A stretch of DNA of 61,917 nt, the filler included. It is 8 parts of 8 records of this genome, joined end to end, with 100 filler letters (N's around TTAATTAATTAA, not from the genome) between each part and the next. Parts side by side here need not be neighbours in the genome. Positions count along the whole stretch, not along the records: positions 55,896 to 61,917 come from SRR31156797_59850; 7 more parts are not named here. One strand, 5' to 3'. Position numbers and translations under genes: made by a program. Positions within the stretch are counted from its first letter, which is position 1, and every line of letters begins with the position of its first letter. The notes under the pieces were generated by a model. The model was not told the DNA's origin, ran no database searches, and worked only from the letters and a program-made list of their open reading frames with translations. Below are positions 59,614-61,917 of this stretch, in pieces.

Positions 59614-60435
59614 ATGAGAGATTACGCGGAAAAGATAAAACTGTTTACAGAATGGAACAGACCGGAGGTTTTTTCAAATCACCAGGACCTTCTTGAGGCC
59701 ATGGATGTAGTTCTCGGCTGGTTTCTGGCTGAACGAGGAGAGACGGTCACACTACCCCAAAAAGGAGATGAGAAGAGCCGCCTCCTGCAGGGCCTGATGA
59801 ATGTCCGTCCCCCCGCCCCGGTGGAGGCGGAAACAGGACGCCTGCTGGACAGAATACTCTGGACCGAAAGAGTGACAGCAGGAGTCGTCAAAGTTGATGA
59901 GATACCAGACCTCTGGCGGGGAGATATCACCCGGCTTGATGCAGATGCCATCGTCAACGCCGCCAACAGTGAACTCCTGGGCTGTTTTCACCCCCTCCAC
60001 AACTGCATCGACAATGCCATCCATTCGGCGGCGGGGCCGGAAATGCGGAATGACTGCCAGGAGATACGCCATATCACCGGAAAGACTGAAGGAACGGGTC
60101 TTGTCAAAATCACAAGGGCCTATAACCTTCCGTCAAAATATGTGCTGCATACCGTCGGCCCCATTGTCCAGGGGGTACTGACCGAGGACCACCGAAAACA
60201 GCTGGTCTCAAGCTACCGGGAGTGCCTTGAGGTGGCCGCACAAAAAGAGGATATCAAGTCCGTCGTCTTCTGCTGCATATCCACCGGTGTCTTCGGATAC
60301 CCCAAAGAGGAGGCGGCACGTACGGCGACTTTAACTGTAAGAGAGTGGGCGAAAAATCACCCAGGAAGATTCGACAGGGTAATCTTCAATGTGTTCACGG
60401 AGGAAGACAATGAAATCTACAAAAGATATCTTTAA
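59614..60435 (+). CDS. Zn-macrodomain protein-ADP-ribose hydrolase (SirTM-associated)
   Basis: WRGDIT, DAIVNAAN, Zn loop LLGCFHPLHNCIDNAIH, HTVGP, CCISTGVFGYP; N-terminal LMNVRPP helical bundle. Confidence 0.93.
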   Translation: MRDYAEKIKLFTEWNRPEVFSNHQDLLEAMDVVLGWFLAERGETVTLPQKGDEKSRLLQGLMNVRPPAPVEAETGRLLDRILWTERVTAGVVKVDEIPDLWRGDITRLDADAIVNAANSELLGCFHPLHNCIDNAIHSAAGPEMRNDCQEIRHITGKTEGTGLVKITRAYNLPSKYVLHTVGPIVQGVLTEDHRKQLVSSYRECLEVAAQKEDIKSVVFCCISTGVFGYPKEEAARTATLTVREWAKNHPGRFDRVIFNVFTEEDNEIYKRYL

Positions 60436-61240
60436 GCTGGTCAGAGAAAGTGAAAATATTCTAATCGGAGCCGGAGCGGGACTCTCGACTGCTGCGGGAC
60501 TGCTCTACACAGATCAGGATTTTTTTGACAATTACTTCCCAGGATACGGAAAGAGGTACGGTCTGACTTTTACCTACGGGGCCGCCTTCCATGAATTCCC
60601 GACCCAGGAAGAACACTACACCTACTGGGCCCGGCACATCAGAAATATGCGGCTGGAATTCCCTGTGGGCGACATCTACCGGAAACTTCTGGATCTGGTG
60701 AAGGAGAAGAACCACTTTATTATTACCACCAATGCCGACGGACAGTTTGAGAAGGCGGGTTTTGATCGGGAGAAGATGTTTACTCCCCAGGGAGACTACT
60801 CCTACTTCCAGTGCCCAACACCCTGCAGTGACGACCTCTACCCGAACACCGAATGGGTTTACAGGATGCTCGACGGTCTGACCGACGACGACTTTTCCGG
60901 GAAGACGGAAAACATTCCCCGCTGCCCCCGGTGTGGAGAGCTGCTGGTCCCCAACCTCCGGAAGGATGACCGGTTCGTGGAAAAGCCCTGGATGGAAAAG
61001 CAGGATGATTATGCCGGGTTCATCAACTCCCTGGAGGGTGAAGAACTCCTCCTCCTGGAACTCGGAGTCGGCTTCAACACCCCGGGTATCATCCGGTTCC
61101 CCTTCGAACAGATTGCCGCCGCCCGGGAGAAGACGACTTTAATCAGAGTGAACCCCGGAGACACGCGTCTGGCCGTCCCGGAAGCCAGGGAGAGGGCGAT
61201 ACTGGTCAAACAGGGAATAGAGGAGTTTTTTACCACTTAA
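60410..61240 (+). CDS. Class M sirtuin (SirTM), NAD-dependent mono-ADP-ribosyltransferase
   Basis: GAGAGLS, TTNADGQF, PQGDY (Gln in place of the catalytic His), CxxxC...CxxC, LELGVGFNTP; overlaps the macrodomain gene. Confidence 0.92.
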   Translation: MKSTKDIFKLVRESENILIGAGAGLSTAAGLLYTDQDFFDNYFPGYGKRYGLTFTYGAAFHEFPTQEEHYTYWARHIRNMRLEFPVGDIYRKLLDLVKEKNHFIITTNADGQFEKAGFDREKMFTPQGDYSYFQCPTPCSDDLYPNTEWVYRMLDGLTDDDFSGKTENIPRCPRCGELLVPNLRKDDRFVEKPWMEKQDDYAGFINSLEGEELLLLELGVGFNTPGIIRFPFEQIAAAREKTTLIRVNPGDTRLAVPEARERAILVKQGIEEFFTT

Positions 61241-61333
61241 AAAGTCTGGACAGGTCCCCGGCGTATAAACCGGATGCTGCAGGAAAGCTGTAGTTGCCGG
61301 AGGACCTGTTTTCCTTTACATTGGTAGTCAGCT

Positions 61334-61759
61334 ATGCAGATCGGTACCAAGTTCTCCGTATCCATTCACATCCTCTTAAGCGTCGAGGTCTTCAAGGTGA
61401 ACTACAAGGTCACCAGCGACTTCATCGCCTCCAGCGTGAACACCAACCCCGTGGTCATCAGGAAACTGATGAGCCAGCTGCGCAGGGCGGAATTGATAAC
61501 AGTCGCCAAGGGAACAGGGGGGATTTCACTGACAAGGCTTCCGGCCCAGATCACCCTCCTCGATATCTACCGGGCCGTCGAACCCCAGTCCGAGATGTTC
61601 CGGATCCATGAGAACAGCGCCCCCGGCTGTCCCGTGGGTGGAAAGATAGAACACCTCCTCCAGCCCCTCTTCTCAAGGCTTCAGACCTCCTTTCAAGAGG
61701 AGCTAAGTTCCACCTCTCTGGCGGATCTGCTGGATGATATGAAAGTCATGAACAATTAA
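61334..61759 (+). CDS. Rrf2-family regulator (HypR/SaiR/YwnA-like, single Cys, no Fe-S triad)
   Basis: KFSVSIHIL, IASSVNTNPVVIR, GTGG, ITLLDIY, HENxxPxCPVG. Confidence 0.93.
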   Translation: MQIGTKFSVSIHILLSVEVFKVNYKVTSDFIASSVNTNPVVIRKLMSQLRRAELITVAKGTGGISLTRLPAQITLLDIYRAVEPQSEMFRIHENSAPGCPVGGKIEHLLQPLFSRLQTSFQEELSSTSLADLLDDMKVMNN

Positions 61760-61917
61760 TCTCCTTGTACACCGCAGGAAAATGGAATCAAGTACACCAA
61801 CTATAAATCAGGAGGCCTTTCCATACACGGCCGGGTAAAGCTGATTGCGGAAGGCAGGCCTTTGATTAGGCGGTGTCCGAATCTGAAACCCTGAAGCTTA
61901 AGGCTTTTGTCGACAGC

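Noticed and set aside
59614-61240. Thoeris or other SIR2 anti-phage system
   Set aside because: The sirtuin has class M motifs and a Zn ribbon and is paired with a Zn-macrodomain hydrolase; there is no TIR, SLOG, HerA or pAgo partner.
1-61917. tRNA, rRNA, CRISPR arrays, integrases or transposases
   Set aside because: None recognised by eye; a covariance-model scan would be needed to exclude small RNAs.

Overview
This window is not one locus. It is eight unrelated contigs joined by 100-nt artificial spacers (N runs around TTAATTAATTAA), so gene neighbourhoods only hold within a contig. All family assignments come from motifs and recalled sequences; no database searches were run. (1) 1-5467: phage tail module resembling P1/Punavirus (sit, pmgA, bplA, gp16) plus a tail fibre; the baseplate protein carries a CBM5/12-like insertion. 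(2) 5568-12269: GC-rich, alphaproteobacterial-like; uvrB, a methyltransferase with a metal-chelate ABC importer, a hemolysin-III protein and a small protein. (3) 12370-18621: spirochaete-like; pfk, PIG-L deacetylase, SIS protein, then rpsF-ssb-rpsR-DUF2232-rplI-dnaB with an S6:S18-type leader. (4) 18722-28823: Desulfobacterota-like phosphate island; pstS coupled to a hybrid kinase, Pho-box-like repeats, an EAL-CBS-GGDEF gene, three internally deleted pseudogenes and phoU. (5) 28924-35175: PPDK-like protein with a very long N-terminal extension, HD-GYP, O-antigen ligase. (6) 35276-49797: smc, ftsY, an unannotated sigma54-type unit with a 26-codon membrane peptide, ArsA/Get3 ATPase with a small partner, hisS, aspS, PxxKW, HD-GYP, tlyA, dxs, ispA. 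(7) 49898-55795: DUF47-PiT, HEAT lipoprotein, DUF1460 amidase and a two-component pair whose sigma54 activator has a variant Walker B. (8) 55896-61917: FadR-type regulator with a DRE-TIM enzyme and TTT transporter, divergent from a Zn-macrodomain/class M sirtuin/Rrf2 operon with paired operators. The best candidates for new biology are the Rrf2-controlled ADP-ribosylation module lacking its known substrate genes, the hidden sigma54 micropeptide unit, the CBM-bearing P1-like baseplate, and the PstS-kinase/c-di-GMP phosphate island.
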